From the NCBI GenBank assembly GCA_003241595.1, contig QFOU01000001.1, positions 2,757 to 66,756 on the forward strand: DNA of 64,000 nt, written 5' to 3'. Made by a program: the position numbers and the translations under genes. This stretch comes from Pseudomonas fluorescens. Its GTDB lineage: Bacteria > Pseudomonadota > Alphaproteobacteria > UBA2136 > UBA6156. Positions 28,189 to 37,035 of this stretch are shown piece by piece. Below the pieces are notes generated by a model. The model did no database searches and had not been told where the DNA came from. It saw nothing but the letters and a program-made list of their open reading frames with translations. Each line of letters opens with the position of its first letter. The first letter of the stretch is position 1.

Positions 28189-30270
28189 TTAGGCCGCCTT
28201 GGCGACGGCGGGGGTGTCGACGCGACTCTCGCACTCGGATTTCAGGCGCTCGAGCAGCCAGGCCAGCGGTTTGGCGCCGAGGTCGGTGCCATCGCGCAGG
28301 CGGATGGCGACGGTACCGTCGGCGGCCTCTTGCTTACCCACCACCAGCATGTAGGGGATCTTCTTCTGTTGCGCGAAGAGGATCTTCTTCTGCATGCGGT
28401 CGGACGAGGCATCGACCTCGACGCGCAGGCCGCCGGTGGCGGTGCGGACGTCGGCATCGGACAGTGCCTTACGCACCTGTTCGGCGTAGTCGTTCTGGTG
28501 GTCGGTGATCGGGATGACCATGGCTTGCACCGGTGACAGCCAGGTAGGGAACTTGCCTTCGTACTGTTCGATGAGGATACCGATGAAGCGCTCGAGGGTA
28601 CCCAAGATCGCGCGGTGGATCATCACGCAGGGGACGCGGTCGCCGTTCTCGTTGGTGAAGTTGGCACCCATGCGGATCGGCAGGTTGAAGTCGACCTGCA
28701 CGGTACCGCACTGCCAGGTCCGGCCGATGGCGTCCTTGAGGTGGTACTCCAGTTTGGGGCCGTAGAACGCACCGTCGCCCGGGGCGATGGTGAGGGGAAT
28801 CCCGAGTTTGGCGCAGGCGTCTTCCAAGGCTTTTTCGGCGGCATCCCACAGGCTGTCGTCGCCAACGCGGTTCTCTGGACGGGTGGCCAGCTTGACGGAG
28901 TAATCGCGGAAGCCGAGCGGCTCGTAAACTTCGTCGATGAGTTTGCACAGCGCGATGATCTCTTCTTCCATCTGCGCGGGGGTACAGAAGATGTGGGCAT
29001 CGTCCTGCGTGAGGCTGGTGACGCGCATAAGGCCATGGAGAGCGCCGTGCGCCTCGTTGCGCATGCACATGCCGAATTCGGCCATGCGCAGCGGCAGGTC
29101 GCGGTAGCTTTTGGTGCCCTGATTAAAGACCTGTACGTGGCAGGGGCAGTTCATCGGCTTGAGGCTGTAGATGCCGAGATCGTCCATCTTCTTGGCCAGT
29201 TCGCCGAGGGTTTGGCCCTGGGCCTTCTCGTGACCGGCAGGCTCGACGATGGGTTGCATCACATCATCGCAGGTGAGGAACAGGTTCTCGCGGTAGTTCT
29301 GCCAGTGGCCGCTTTGGGTATAGAGCGACTTGCTGATCAGTTTGGGCGTGTTGACCTCTTTGTAATCGTAGCGGCGCAGGCTCTGGCGGATGAAATGTTC
29401 CAGTTCGAGGAAGATGTTCCAGCCCTTGGGGTGCCAAAACGGCTGGCCGGGGGCTTCTTCCTGCAGGTGGAACAGCTCCAGCTCGCGGCCGAGTTTGCGG
29501 TGGTCGCGTTTTTCGGCTTCTTCACGCATCAGCAGGTAGGCGTCGAGCTCCTTCTGGGTGGCGAAGGCCACGCAGTAGATGCGGGTGAGTTGCTGGTTCT
29601 GGCTGTCGCCCTTCCAATATGCACCCGCGAGGTTGGTGAGTTTGAAGGCCAGATTGATCTTGGAGAGTTCCGGCACGTGGGGGCCGCGGCAGAGGTCGAT
29701 GAACTCCTTACCGCCCACGTTGCTACCGATCTGGCGGTAGGCGGAAACTTTGCCATCGATGGTTTGGCCCTTGGTGACGGCCTCCTGAATGATGATGCTC
29801 TTGTAGGAATCGCCGGTGGACTCGAAGTGCATCATCAGCTTTTCGGGTTCCCACAGCTCGCGCACCACGGCGCGGCCGGAGGCGATGATCTCGCGCATCT
29901 TGGCTTCGATGGTGGGGAGGTCTTCGCTGGAAATGTTCGGCGAGAATTCGATGTCGTAATAGCAGCCGTTGTCGATGGTCGGACCGATGGCGAGCTTGGC
30001 GGACGGGTACAGCTCCTTCACGGCCAGCGCCAGCACTTGCGCGGCGAGCGTGTGGCGGAGGGTATCGAGGCCGAGCGCATCCTTGGCGGTGGCGATCTTG
30101 AGAGATACGTCCTTCGAAATGGTGATGGAGAGGTCTTGCGGGTGGCCGTCGACTTCGACCGCCACGGCGGCCTTGGCGAGGCCCGCACCGATGGAGGCGG
30201 CGACTTCGGCGCCGGTCGTGGTGCCGTCAAACTCGCGAACTGAAGCGTCGGGAAGTGTGATGCGTACCAT
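28189..30270 (-). CDS. thrS: Threonine--tRNA ligase
   Basis: N-terminal TGS domain. Class II aaRS motifs (FRDYSVKLATRPE, HRAILGTLERFIG). Anticodon-binding C-terminus. 693 aa. Confidence 0.95.
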   Translation of the reverse strand: MVRITLPDASVREFDGTTTGAEVAASIGAGLAKAAVAVEVDGHPQDLSITISKDVSLKIATAKDALGLDTLRHTLAAQVLALAVKELYPSAKLAIGPTIDNGCYYDIEFSPNISSEDLPTIEAKMREIIASGRAVVRELWEPEKLMMHFESTGDSYKSIIIQEAVTKGQTIDGKVSAYRQIGSNVGGKEFIDLCRGPHVPELSKINLAFKLTNLAGAYWKGDSQNQQLTRIYCVAFATQKELDAYLLMREEAEKRDHRKLGRELELFHLQEEAPGQPFWHPKGWNIFLELEHFIRQSLRRYDYKEVNTPKLISKSLYTQSGHWQNYRENLFLTCDDVMQPIVEPAGHEKAQGQTLGELAKKMDDLGIYSLKPMNCPCHVQVFNQGTKSYRDLPLRMAEFGMCMRNEAHGALHGLMRVTSLTQDDAHIFCTPAQMEEEIIALCKLIDEVYEPLGFRDYSVKLATRPENRVGDDSLWDAAEKALEDACAKLGIPLTIAPGDGAFYGPKLEYHLKDAIGRTWQCGTVQVDFNLPIRMGANFTNENGDRVPCVMIHRAILGTLERFIGILIEQYEGKFPTWLSPVQAMVIPITDHQNDYAEQVRKALSDADVRTATGGLRVEVDASSDRMQKKILFAQQKKIPYMLVVGKQEAADGTVAIRLRDGTDLGAKPLAWLLERLKSECESRVDTPAVAKAA

Positions 30271-30413
30271 GGGGATTCTCCTAGTGTGTATTTAAAATTA
30301 GCCGCTTAACCTAGCGCATACAGAATGGACCGGCAAGGGCATGATGGGCGATTTGGGCCTGTACGGGCCAAAAAAGAGCGGCATCCGGAGATGCCGCTCC
30401 ACATGTTGGAGGG

Positions 30414-30788
30414 TTAGTACGTATGAGTAACCGTGCAGGTGAGGTTACCATCGTGAGCGACCACTGACCGCAGCATGGCCTTCTGCGCACCACGATAGGC
30501 GAGGTAGAAGGTCTTGTGGCGCTGGTAACGGGCATCGAACTCGTTGATCTGCACCACTTGAATATCGGTCGTGCGGAGCATCTCGGCGATCTGCTCATAC
30601 ATGGAGCTTGGGAGTTCAGGAATGTCGGTGAACAGCACGCACTGATCTTCGGCCAGCGGGCCTGCAAGCAGCAGGTATGACGCCGCCTTGAGGGTTATCT
30701 GCAGCGGTAGTGCGGGCCTGCGGTTACCGGTATCGGCCAGAATGGCGACCACGGCACGGGCGATGTGCAGATCGGGTATCATGTCCAT
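30414..30788 (-). CDS. Hypothetical protein (about 124 aa from MDMIPDLH), followed by its own terminator
   Basis: ORF with a downstream rho-independent terminator (stem GAGCGGCATC/GATGCCGCTC at 30376-30399 plus T-run). No recognisable motif. Confidence 0.4.
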   Translation of the reverse strand: MDMIPDLHIARAVVAILADTGNRRPALPLQITLKAASYLLLAGPLAEDQCVLFTDIPELPSSMYEQIAEMLRTTDIQVVQINEFDARYQRHKTFYLAYRGAQKAMLRSVVAHDGNLTCTVTHTY

Positions 30789-30898
30789 GAGGGACTCCTG
30801 TGAAACGGACTCTTTCCGGACACAGAGGTATACACAACATGCCGGGATGTCAAACAATTCACTTTGATGGACCCCACGCGCCTGCTAGGGTTGGCGCC

Positions 30899-31867
30899 AT
30901 GACCGACGCCCCTACCCCCCTGCTTTACCCTGAGATCGAACCCTACGACGTCCGCATGTTGAATGTCGGCGACGGCCATAGCCTGTATGTGGAGCAGAGC
31001 GGCAACCCGAATGGCTTGCCCGTGGTTATGCTGCATGGCGGCCCCGGCAGCGGGTGTAAGCCGAAGCACCGGCAGATGTTCGACCCGCAGGTGTATCGGG
31101 TGGTGATTTTTGACCAGCGGGGATGTGGGCGCTCGCAACCGGCCGGTCGCGTGGTGGCCAATACGACCGACCATCTGGTGGCGGATATTGAGATGATTCG
31201 GGAGACTCTCGGGATTGAGAGTTGGGTCGTGTATGGCAACAGCTGGGGCAGTGCACTGGGGCTGGCGTATGCGGAGGCGCATCCGGAGCGGGTGAAGGGG
31301 TTGGTGATCGGGGCCATCTTCACGGCGACACAGCGTGAGCTGGACTGGTTCTACGATCCGGCCGGACTGGCGCGGTTCTTCCCCGATGCGTATGCGGCCC
31401 TCCGTGATGTACTGGGCAACCCCGCATGGCATGACATGCCACGGTTGATCCGTGATGCCGTGCTGAACGACGATGCCCACGCGCTGGCCGTAGCCAAGGC
31501 CACCGTGCGGCTAGATGCGCTAAGCATGGATCTGGAGCCGGATATGCTGGCGCTGGAGGAATATCTGGACAGTGAGGATTTCAGCCTGACGCCCCTCCGC
31601 ATTTGGGCGCACTACTTTGCGGCGGCGTGTTTTTTATCGCCCCAGCAATTGTTGAAGAATGTCGGACGGATCGCCCATATCCCGATGCATATCACCCATG
31701 CCGGGCTGGATCTGTGTTGTCCGCCGGAGACCGCTTATGCCTTGCATAAGGCTTTGCCGGACGCCGCATTCACATTTGTGCCGGTGTGCGGGCACCGTGC
31801 CAATGACGCCATGGACAAAGCCCGCATGGAGGCCCTGCGCGACATGGCCATACGGGTAAGAATGTAA
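30899..31867 (+). CDS. pip: Proline iminopeptidase (prolyl aminopeptidase, S33 alpha/beta hydrolase)
   Basis: HGGPG oxyanion motif. Nucleophile elbow GNSWGS. N-terminal PLLYPEIEPYD, typical of PIP. Start taken at MTDAPTP. Confidence 0.85.
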   Translation: MTDAPTPLLYPEIEPYDVRMLNVGDGHSLYVEQSGNPNGLPVVMLHGGPGSGCKPKHRQMFDPQVYRVVIFDQRGCGRSQPAGRVVANTTDHLVADIEMIRETLGIESWVVYGNSWGSALGLAYAEAHPERVKGLVIGAIFTATQRELDWFYDPAGLARFFPDAYAALRDVLGNPAWHDMPRLIRDAVLNDDAHALAVAKATVRLDALSMDLEPDMLALEEYLDSEDFSLTPLRIWAHYFAAACFLSPQQLLKNVGRIAHIPMHITHAGLDLCCPPETAYALHKALPDAAFTFVPVCGHRANDAMDKARMEALRDMAIRVRM

Positions 31868-32101
31868 GTTTTTAAAAATTTTGCTTGCAGGGGGGCCGCG
31901 TGCATCCCTATACTTATCTTTATGAACAAGTTCACCGTCTCCCTGATTCTGAATGTGCTGGCCTAAGGCCAACATTTTCACACCCAGCATCGAGACCTGA
32001 ACTTTTCCCCCTTCCCCTACCAAACTTTCATCGGCCCTATGGCTTTTTCATGTATCGTTTTGTTTGTTGTCGATACTCCAACCTCCAGAGGAGACACTCG
32101 C

Positions 32102-32299
32102 ATGACCATCACCGAGAGCAACCTTAGCCTTGAAAACCTTCAGCAGACCCTGAAAGCCATGCGCAAAGAGCGCGGCCCCATCAGTGTCGAGGACTATCGG
32201 AAGCTGCGTTTTTTGGCGCGCAGCTTCAACAAGGCCTGCCCTCACGCCCAGATATGGGCGGAAGAGAAGGTGAACATCTACAACGCGACGCGACACTGA
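32102..32299 (+). CDS. Small hypothetical protein (about 65 aa)
   Basis: ORF only. No motif. Confidence 0.25.
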   Translation: MTITESNLSLENLQQTLKAMRKERGPISVEDYRKLRFLARSFNKACPHAQIWAEEKVNIYNATRH

Positions 32300-32361
32300 G
32301 CGGCGACCCCTGATTGCGATGATAAGACCCCCGTGCTGGCGGGGGTCTTTCTTTTTGCCGA

Positions 32362-33027
32362 CTAGTCTGGAGTGCGGGCGGGCTTGTGGGCCGCGAGCAT
32401 GTGGAATTTAGGGTAGTGGCCTTTGACTTTTTGTGTATGGAAGCCGGCGCTACCAAGGGCATTCCGTACCGCACGCGCCACGCTGTAGGTGGTGGCCGTG
32501 CCGCCGGAGGTGGTGTGGGCGTAGATGTGATGAAAGAGGGATTCGCTCCAGAGCGCGGGATTGACGTCGGCACTAAAGCCATCGAGGAACCACGCATGCG
32601 CGGGATGGGGATGGGTGAGGATGCCCTGAGTGGCATCGCCGATGTAGAGGTGGAGGGTGACGCCTTCGAGGGTGATGAGATTCCAGCCGTGGGTGGAGGT
32701 GTAGGCGGTGCGGAGTTGGGTAGCGAGCGGTTGGAGTTCGGGTGGGAAAGCGGCGTGGATGGGCTCGAGTTCGGTGAGGCTGAGCGGGTGGAGTTCGTAG
32801 CTGATGAAGGTGAGTGGTGTGCCGGTGTGGCACGCGAGTGCCCATGTGAGGAGGAAGGTGAGGCCGGTGCCGAAGCCGAGTTCGGCCACCGTGAACGGCT
32901 GGGTGGAGAAGCGCGCGGGCAGGTGGTTGCCGTGGAGGTAGGTGTGGGCTTTTTCGGCGGGGCCGGATGCAAGCAGCGACCAGTAGTGCTGGTTGAAGTG
33001 GGGGCTGTGGGGGTGGGTGAGGTGCAT
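32362..33027 (-). CDS. MnmC-type SAM-dependent tRNA methyltransferase domain protein (DUF752; standalone MnmC methyltransferase half)
   Basis: Conserved motifs VAELGFGTGLTFL and WFLDGFS..NPALW. No FAD-oxidase domain attached. Confidence 0.7.
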   Translation of the reverse strand: MHLTHPHSPHFNQHYWSLLASGPAEKAHTYLHGNHLPARFSTQPFTVAELGFGTGLTFLLTWALACHTGTPLTFISYELHPLSLTELEPIHAAFPPELQPLATQLRTAYTSTHGWNLITLEGVTLHLYIGDATQGILTHPHPAHAWFLDGFSADVNPALWSESLFHHIYAHTTSGGTATTYSVARAVRNALGSAGFHTQKVKGHYPKFHMLAAHKPARTPD

Positions 33028-33072
33028 TAGTTATTTCTTAAAATTAACCTAAACGAAAAATTGAGTAATTTT

Positions 33073-33996
33073 TTAAATTTCTGGTAATGCCAATTCGCCA
33101 TTTTCATGAAGAAACGTTTTTGTTTTATACGAAAAATAAAATTTAGGTCTAAAATGATTGCGCACAAATCCTGCCAATGAATCGTTTGGTACCGCAATAC
33201 CATACTTAGCTTTCTCTAAAATTCCTCTATTAATCAACCTAACAATTTGTTTATCAGTTTTTTTAATAAAATCATTAAAATAATTAGGAATGCTTGATAC
33301 TAATATTACGCTAGACGGGCTAGTTGGTAAAACAGCTACTCCTTTTGGATAACGATCTTTGATTGTTGAGGGCAAAAAAGACGGCAATGTAAGTACATCA
33401 CTCAGCAAAAACGCTTCGCTAGAAAACAACGGTAAGCGATAAAACATATAATCAGCCTTTTCCAAACCTTCTAGAGCTTTAGTATCGGCTAGAGTAGCTC
33501 CCAATAAATAACGTATCATATCATCTATACTATCCATCCGACCATTGAGGAGCTGAAAAGATTCAGGTAAGGAGCGCCCCTCTTCGTCTATTAAATTAAC
33601 AAACTTTTGGAGTGCCCATTTGATACTTTCCGGATGGCGCACGAAATGAAGCCTTATTAAAGACCTAATCGTTTCTTTCTCGCTATCTTTAGTTATCTTT
33701 AAAAATCTCTCATAAGGAGCCTCAGAATAGCGTTTAATTAGATTCCCCGCTTGAGGCTCAACAATACTAGGAGCATCATGTTCTAAGTAGCGTTTTAACG
33801 ATATATTTTCGATATTAGCTCTAATTGTATATAAATCTGGCCAACAAAAACTATGACTAGGCCCCCTGCGCAATGCTATTAAATCAGGGCGATACTCATC
33901 CCTACAAATAATATTCAAATGACCGTCATCCACCGCCCAATTTTTGACAATAAACTTAGATACGTAATGCTGCATTTCCATTCGAAAACAATCCAT
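33073..33996 (-). CDS. DUF4238-like hypothetical protein in a very AT-rich (about 35% GC) islet
   Basis: N-terminal MQHYVSKFIVKNW resembles the HYVPQFYL..F opening block of the DUF4238 family. GC is far below the genome background. Flanked by AT-rich non-coding DNA. Confidence 0.55.
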   Translation of the reverse strand: MDCFRMEMQHYVSKFIVKNWAVDDGHLNIICRDEYRPDLIALRRGPSHSFCWPDLYTIRANIENISLKRYLEHDAPSIVEPQAGNLIKRYSEAPYERFLKITKDSEKETIRSLIRLHFVRHPESIKWALQKFVNLIDEEGRSLPESFQLLNGRMDSIDDMIRYLLGATLADTKALEGLEKADYMFYRLPLFSSEAFLLSDVLTLPSFLPSTIKDRYPKGVAVLPTSPSSVILVSSIPNYFNDFIKKTDKQIVRLINRGILEKAKYGIAVPNDSLAGFVRNHFRPKFYFSYKTKTFLHENGELALPEI

Positions 33997-34127
33997 TTGA
34001 ATACATGTTTAGAGATTACTATAGATTCACTTCTCTATTGCGAACAAAATTAAATATTACTCGCAAATGCTATGAGTAATGGCGGCGGCGTTGACGGGGT
34101 AGGGCTTTTCTTTAATACATTTTACAG

Positions 34128-35165
34128 TTGCAGCAAGTGAGAGGGACTGTTCCCGTGATTAACAGTTTAACTTCGTTCCGGTTTATTACGGCGTTGGTGG
34201 TGTTTCTTTTCCATTGCCAAATCCACTTCGGGTTGGATTTTGGGGTGAAGTTCGTCAATAAGTTCCTGTCGCATGGGGCGGTGTTCATGACCGGATTCTT
34301 TGTGCTCTCCGGCTTTATTATGACCCATGTGTACCAGAACTGGGATTTTGGGAAGCAGCAGAGCATTTTCGGGTATTACCTGAAGCGGTTCGCCAAAATC
34401 TATCCGGTGTATATCGTGGCGACGTTCGCGTTCTTCCTCTTCTTTGCCGAGGATTATACCGGCCAGCAGTGGGGGCAAATTGCGGTGAATGACCTGTTTT
34501 TAACGCAGGGCTTTTTTGCGAGCATGTTCCATTTGGGGCTGAATGGCGGGACATGGTCGCTGTCGGTCGAGATGTTCCTGTACGCGTTATTCCCATTGCT
34601 GATGCTGGCTTCGGGCAAGTCGCCGAAGATCCTGTGGGTGGCGCTGGTGCTGACATTGATCGTGGTGTTGAACGTGGCCTTTGACGACAAAGCCTATACG
34701 TATGCAAACCCCGTCATGCGTCTGGGTGATTTTATGGCGGGGATGGGGTTTTATGCCATCAAGGACAAGCCGATCTTTAAGAAGGCATGGTTCCATATTC
34801 TGATGGTGGTTCTGCTGGTGGCGGCCACCGCTTTGATCTCCACCCACAAGTACATGGCATGGCAGACGCTGGCGGTGTTCCTGTTCGGTGCGTGGATCGC
34901 GTGCGTGTATCACTCGACCTCGGTGGTTTATAACAACAAGCCAATGGTTTATTTGGGTTTGATCAGCTACTCGTTTTATGTATGGCAGTTTGCGGCGATC
35001 GAAGCCGGGCGGAGTGTGCTGCATCTGGGTGGGTATCAGGTGTCGCTGATGGCGTTTATTCTGAATGTGAGTTTATCGGTGCTGTCGTATCACTTGCTGG
35101 AAGAACCGGCGCGCGGGGCGATTCTGAAACGCTGGGGCAAACGGAACACCCGTGTGATCGCTTAA
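34128..35165 (+). CDS. Acyltransferase family 3 (OafA/NolL-like membrane O-acyltransferase)
   Basis: Ten-TM protein. N-terminal FRFITALVVFLFHC block, FMTGFFVLSGF. About 50% GC (below background). Confidence 0.8.
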   Translation: MQQVRGTVPVINSLTSFRFITALVVFLFHCQIHFGLDFGVKFVNKFLSHGAVFMTGFFVLSGFIMTHVYQNWDFGKQQSIFGYYLKRFAKIYPVYIVATFAFFLFFAEDYTGQQWGQIAVNDLFLTQGFFASMFHLGLNGGTWSLSVEMFLYALFPLLMLASGKSPKILWVALVLTLIVVLNVAFDDKAYTYANPVMRLGDFMAGMGFYAIKDKPIFKKAWFHILMVVLLVAATALISTHKYMAWQTLAVFLFGAWIACVYHSTSVVYNNKPMVYLGLISYSFYVWQFAAIEAGRSVLHLGGYQVSLMAFILNVSLSVLSYHLLEEPARGAILKRWGKRNTRVIA

Positions 35166-35188
35166 GCGAGACCCGTCACTCTCCGGCC

Positions 35189-36049
35189 CTAAGGGGCCGG
35201 ATAGATTTTGAGGAGGCTGATCTCTGGCGGGGTAAGGAAGCGGACGGGCAGCAGGCTGGTGCCGATGCCGCTGCCGACGAAGAGCTGCTTGGCGCCTTCC
35301 GTAATATGCCCCAGCGCGTAACGCTGGCCGTAGTTGGACGGCAGCACCGGACGGCCGAGGAACGGGATATAGACCTGCCCCCCATGGGTGTGGCCGGCAA
35401 AGGTGAGTGTGGCGGCATCCGGCAGTTCCGGCAGGATGTCCGGCGTATGTGTGAGCACCAGATTGGGGCCATTGGCGGGCACGCCGGCAAACGCGGCTTC
35501 GATATTATTGCGACGCTCGGAGAAATCGGACACGCCGACCAGCCAGATGGGATGACCGTTGAGGGTAAGTTGGTGCGAAGTGTTCTCGAGCATGGGGATG
35601 CCGTGTGCGGCGAACTGCTCCTTCATCCGCGGGCCGTTATCCCACCAGTCATGGTTCCCTAAGATACCGTAGACCCCGTATTTGGCTTTGAGTTGGCCGA
35701 GGATGGGGATGATCTGTTCGGAGGGCACATGGCGTCCGCCCAAGCCGCCTTGCACGACATAATCGCCCCCCATCAGGATGAGATCGGGCGTGCGGGCGTT
35801 GGTACGGTCGACCACGCGCTGGAGTTTGGCGAGATCGACATGAAGGCTCCCGACGTGGGGATCGGTTACGAAGGCGATGGTGAAACCGGCGAGGTCGGCC
35901 GGCCAGTCCTTGAGGTGGATCTCGTACTCCTTGACCACGAGTTGGCGGGGTTCGATCCAGAAGGCCCATATTCCTAAGCCCAGACCAAGAAGAACCGGTA
36001 TCAGTGCCAGTTTAAGGGCCAGCGTGAGGACGGAACGCGAGAGCGGCAT
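35189..36049 (-). CDS. Calcineurin-like metallophosphoesterase, N-terminally membrane-anchored
   Basis: Motifs TDPH, GGDYV, GNHD and GHTHG in canonical order. N-terminal TM segments. Confidence 0.8.
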   Translation of the reverse strand: MPLSRSVLTLALKLALIPVLLGLGLGIWAFWIEPRQLVVKEYEIHLKDWPADLAGFTIAFVTDPHVGSLHVDLAKLQRVVDRTNARTPDLILMGGDYVVQGGLGGRHVPSEQIIPILGQLKAKYGVYGILGNHDWWDNGPRMKEQFAAHGIPMLENTSHQLTLNGHPIWLVGVSDFSERRNNIEAAFAGVPANGPNLVLTHTPDILPELPDAATLTFAGHTHGGQVYIPFLGRPVLPSNYGQRYALGHITEGAKQLFVGSGIGTSLLPVRFLTPPEISLLKIYPAP

Positions 36050-36081
36050 GCGTGAGACCTTATTGAGGGTGATATCTTGTT

Positions 36082-36156
36082 TGGTGCCCCTGGCCGGAAT
36101 CGAACCGGCATTTAGAACTTAGGAGGTTCTCGTCCTATCCATTGAACGACAGCGGC
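36082..36156 (-). tRNA. tRNA-Arg (anticodon CCT), CCA encoded; G4-G69 mismatch in acceptor stem
   Basis: Hand fold of the minus strand. Acceptor GCCGCTG/CAGGGGC (one G-G mismatch), D-arm GTTC-AATGGATA-GGAC, anticodon stem AGAAC/GTTCT with loop CTCCTAA, T-arm GCCGG-TTCGATT-CCGGC, discriminator A plus CCA. Confidence 0.7.
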
Positions 36157-36222
36157 GCGCATCCCTTTTGGCGGAGGATAGGTTGCTGGTCAAGTAGAGC
36201 TTGATTTGCTAGGGTATGCGCC

Positions 36223-37011
36223 ATGTTGCGCTTCGCTTGTTTATTCATGGTATTGGCCGTCTGCGAAAGCAGCTGGGCGGCGGATGTTTCCGGTACATCT
36301 TTTAGTGGGCGCGTGGTGCGCGTACTGGATGGTGACACGTTGATCCTGGAGGGTGACCGTCGCGTGCGTTTGCTGGATATCAACACCCCCGAACTTTCCC
36401 ACGATGGTGAACCGGCGGAAGCGGGTGCGGCGGCCGCGGCGGATGCGTTGCGGCGGCTGACGTTTGGTCAGGATGTGCGCGTGGTGCAGGGCCCGCAGGC
36501 CAAGGATCGGTTTGATCGGTTGTTGGGACAGGTGTATCTGAGCAGTGGTGGCTGGGTGAACGGCACGCTGGTGCGGGATGGCTATGCGCATGTTTATACG
36601 TTTGCGGATAATGCGCTGCATCCGCAGGAATTGCTGGCGTATGAGGCGCAGGCGCGGGCGGCCAAGAAGGGTATTTGGGCGCAGCCGCGCTGGGCAGTGC
36701 GGGATGCGACCAAATGCTGTGCGAAGAGTGATATCGGGACCTTCCAGCTGGTGCAGGGCAAGGTGTTGAGTGCCATGTTCGTGAAGAAGAGCAAGGGCGG
36801 GCGGACGTATCTGAATTTTGGTGAGGATTGGCGCACCGACTTTAGCGTGTTTGTGGACAGCAAGGATGCCAAATGGTTTAAGAAGGCAGGTATCGCCAAT
36901 ATCGCCGACCATTACCGCGGTAAGACCGTGCGCGTGCGCGGGCATCTTCAGCCGGTGAACGGGGTGTTGGTACGGGTGACACATCCGGCGCAAGTTGAGA
37001 TTTTAGACTAA
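36223..37011 (+). CDS. Thermonuclease (staphylococcal nuclease-like, SNase) family protein with extra C-terminal roughly 100 aa domain
   Basis: Signal peptide. SNase core blocks (VVRVLDGDTL, RVRLLDINTPE, DRFDRLLGQVYL). Secreted. Confidence 0.7.
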   Translation: MLRFACLFMVLAVCESSWAADVSGTSFSGRVVRVLDGDTLILEGDRRVRLLDINTPELSHDGEPAEAGAAAAADALRRLTFGQDVRVVQGPQAKDRFDRLLGQVYLSSGGWVNGTLVRDGYAHVYTFADNALHPQELLAYEAQARAAKKGIWAQPRWAVRDATKCCAKSDIGTFQLVQGKVLSAMFVKKSKGGRTYLNFGEDWRTDFSVFVDSKDAKWFKKAGIANIADHYRGKTVRVRGHLQPVNGVLVRVTHPAQVEILD

Positions 37012-37035
37012 GGTTTTTAAAGGGGGAGCACGAGT

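Noticed and set aside
28615-30243. 542 aa plus-strand ORF
   Set aside because: Antisense to thrS, which has unambiguous class II aaRS motifs on the minus strand.
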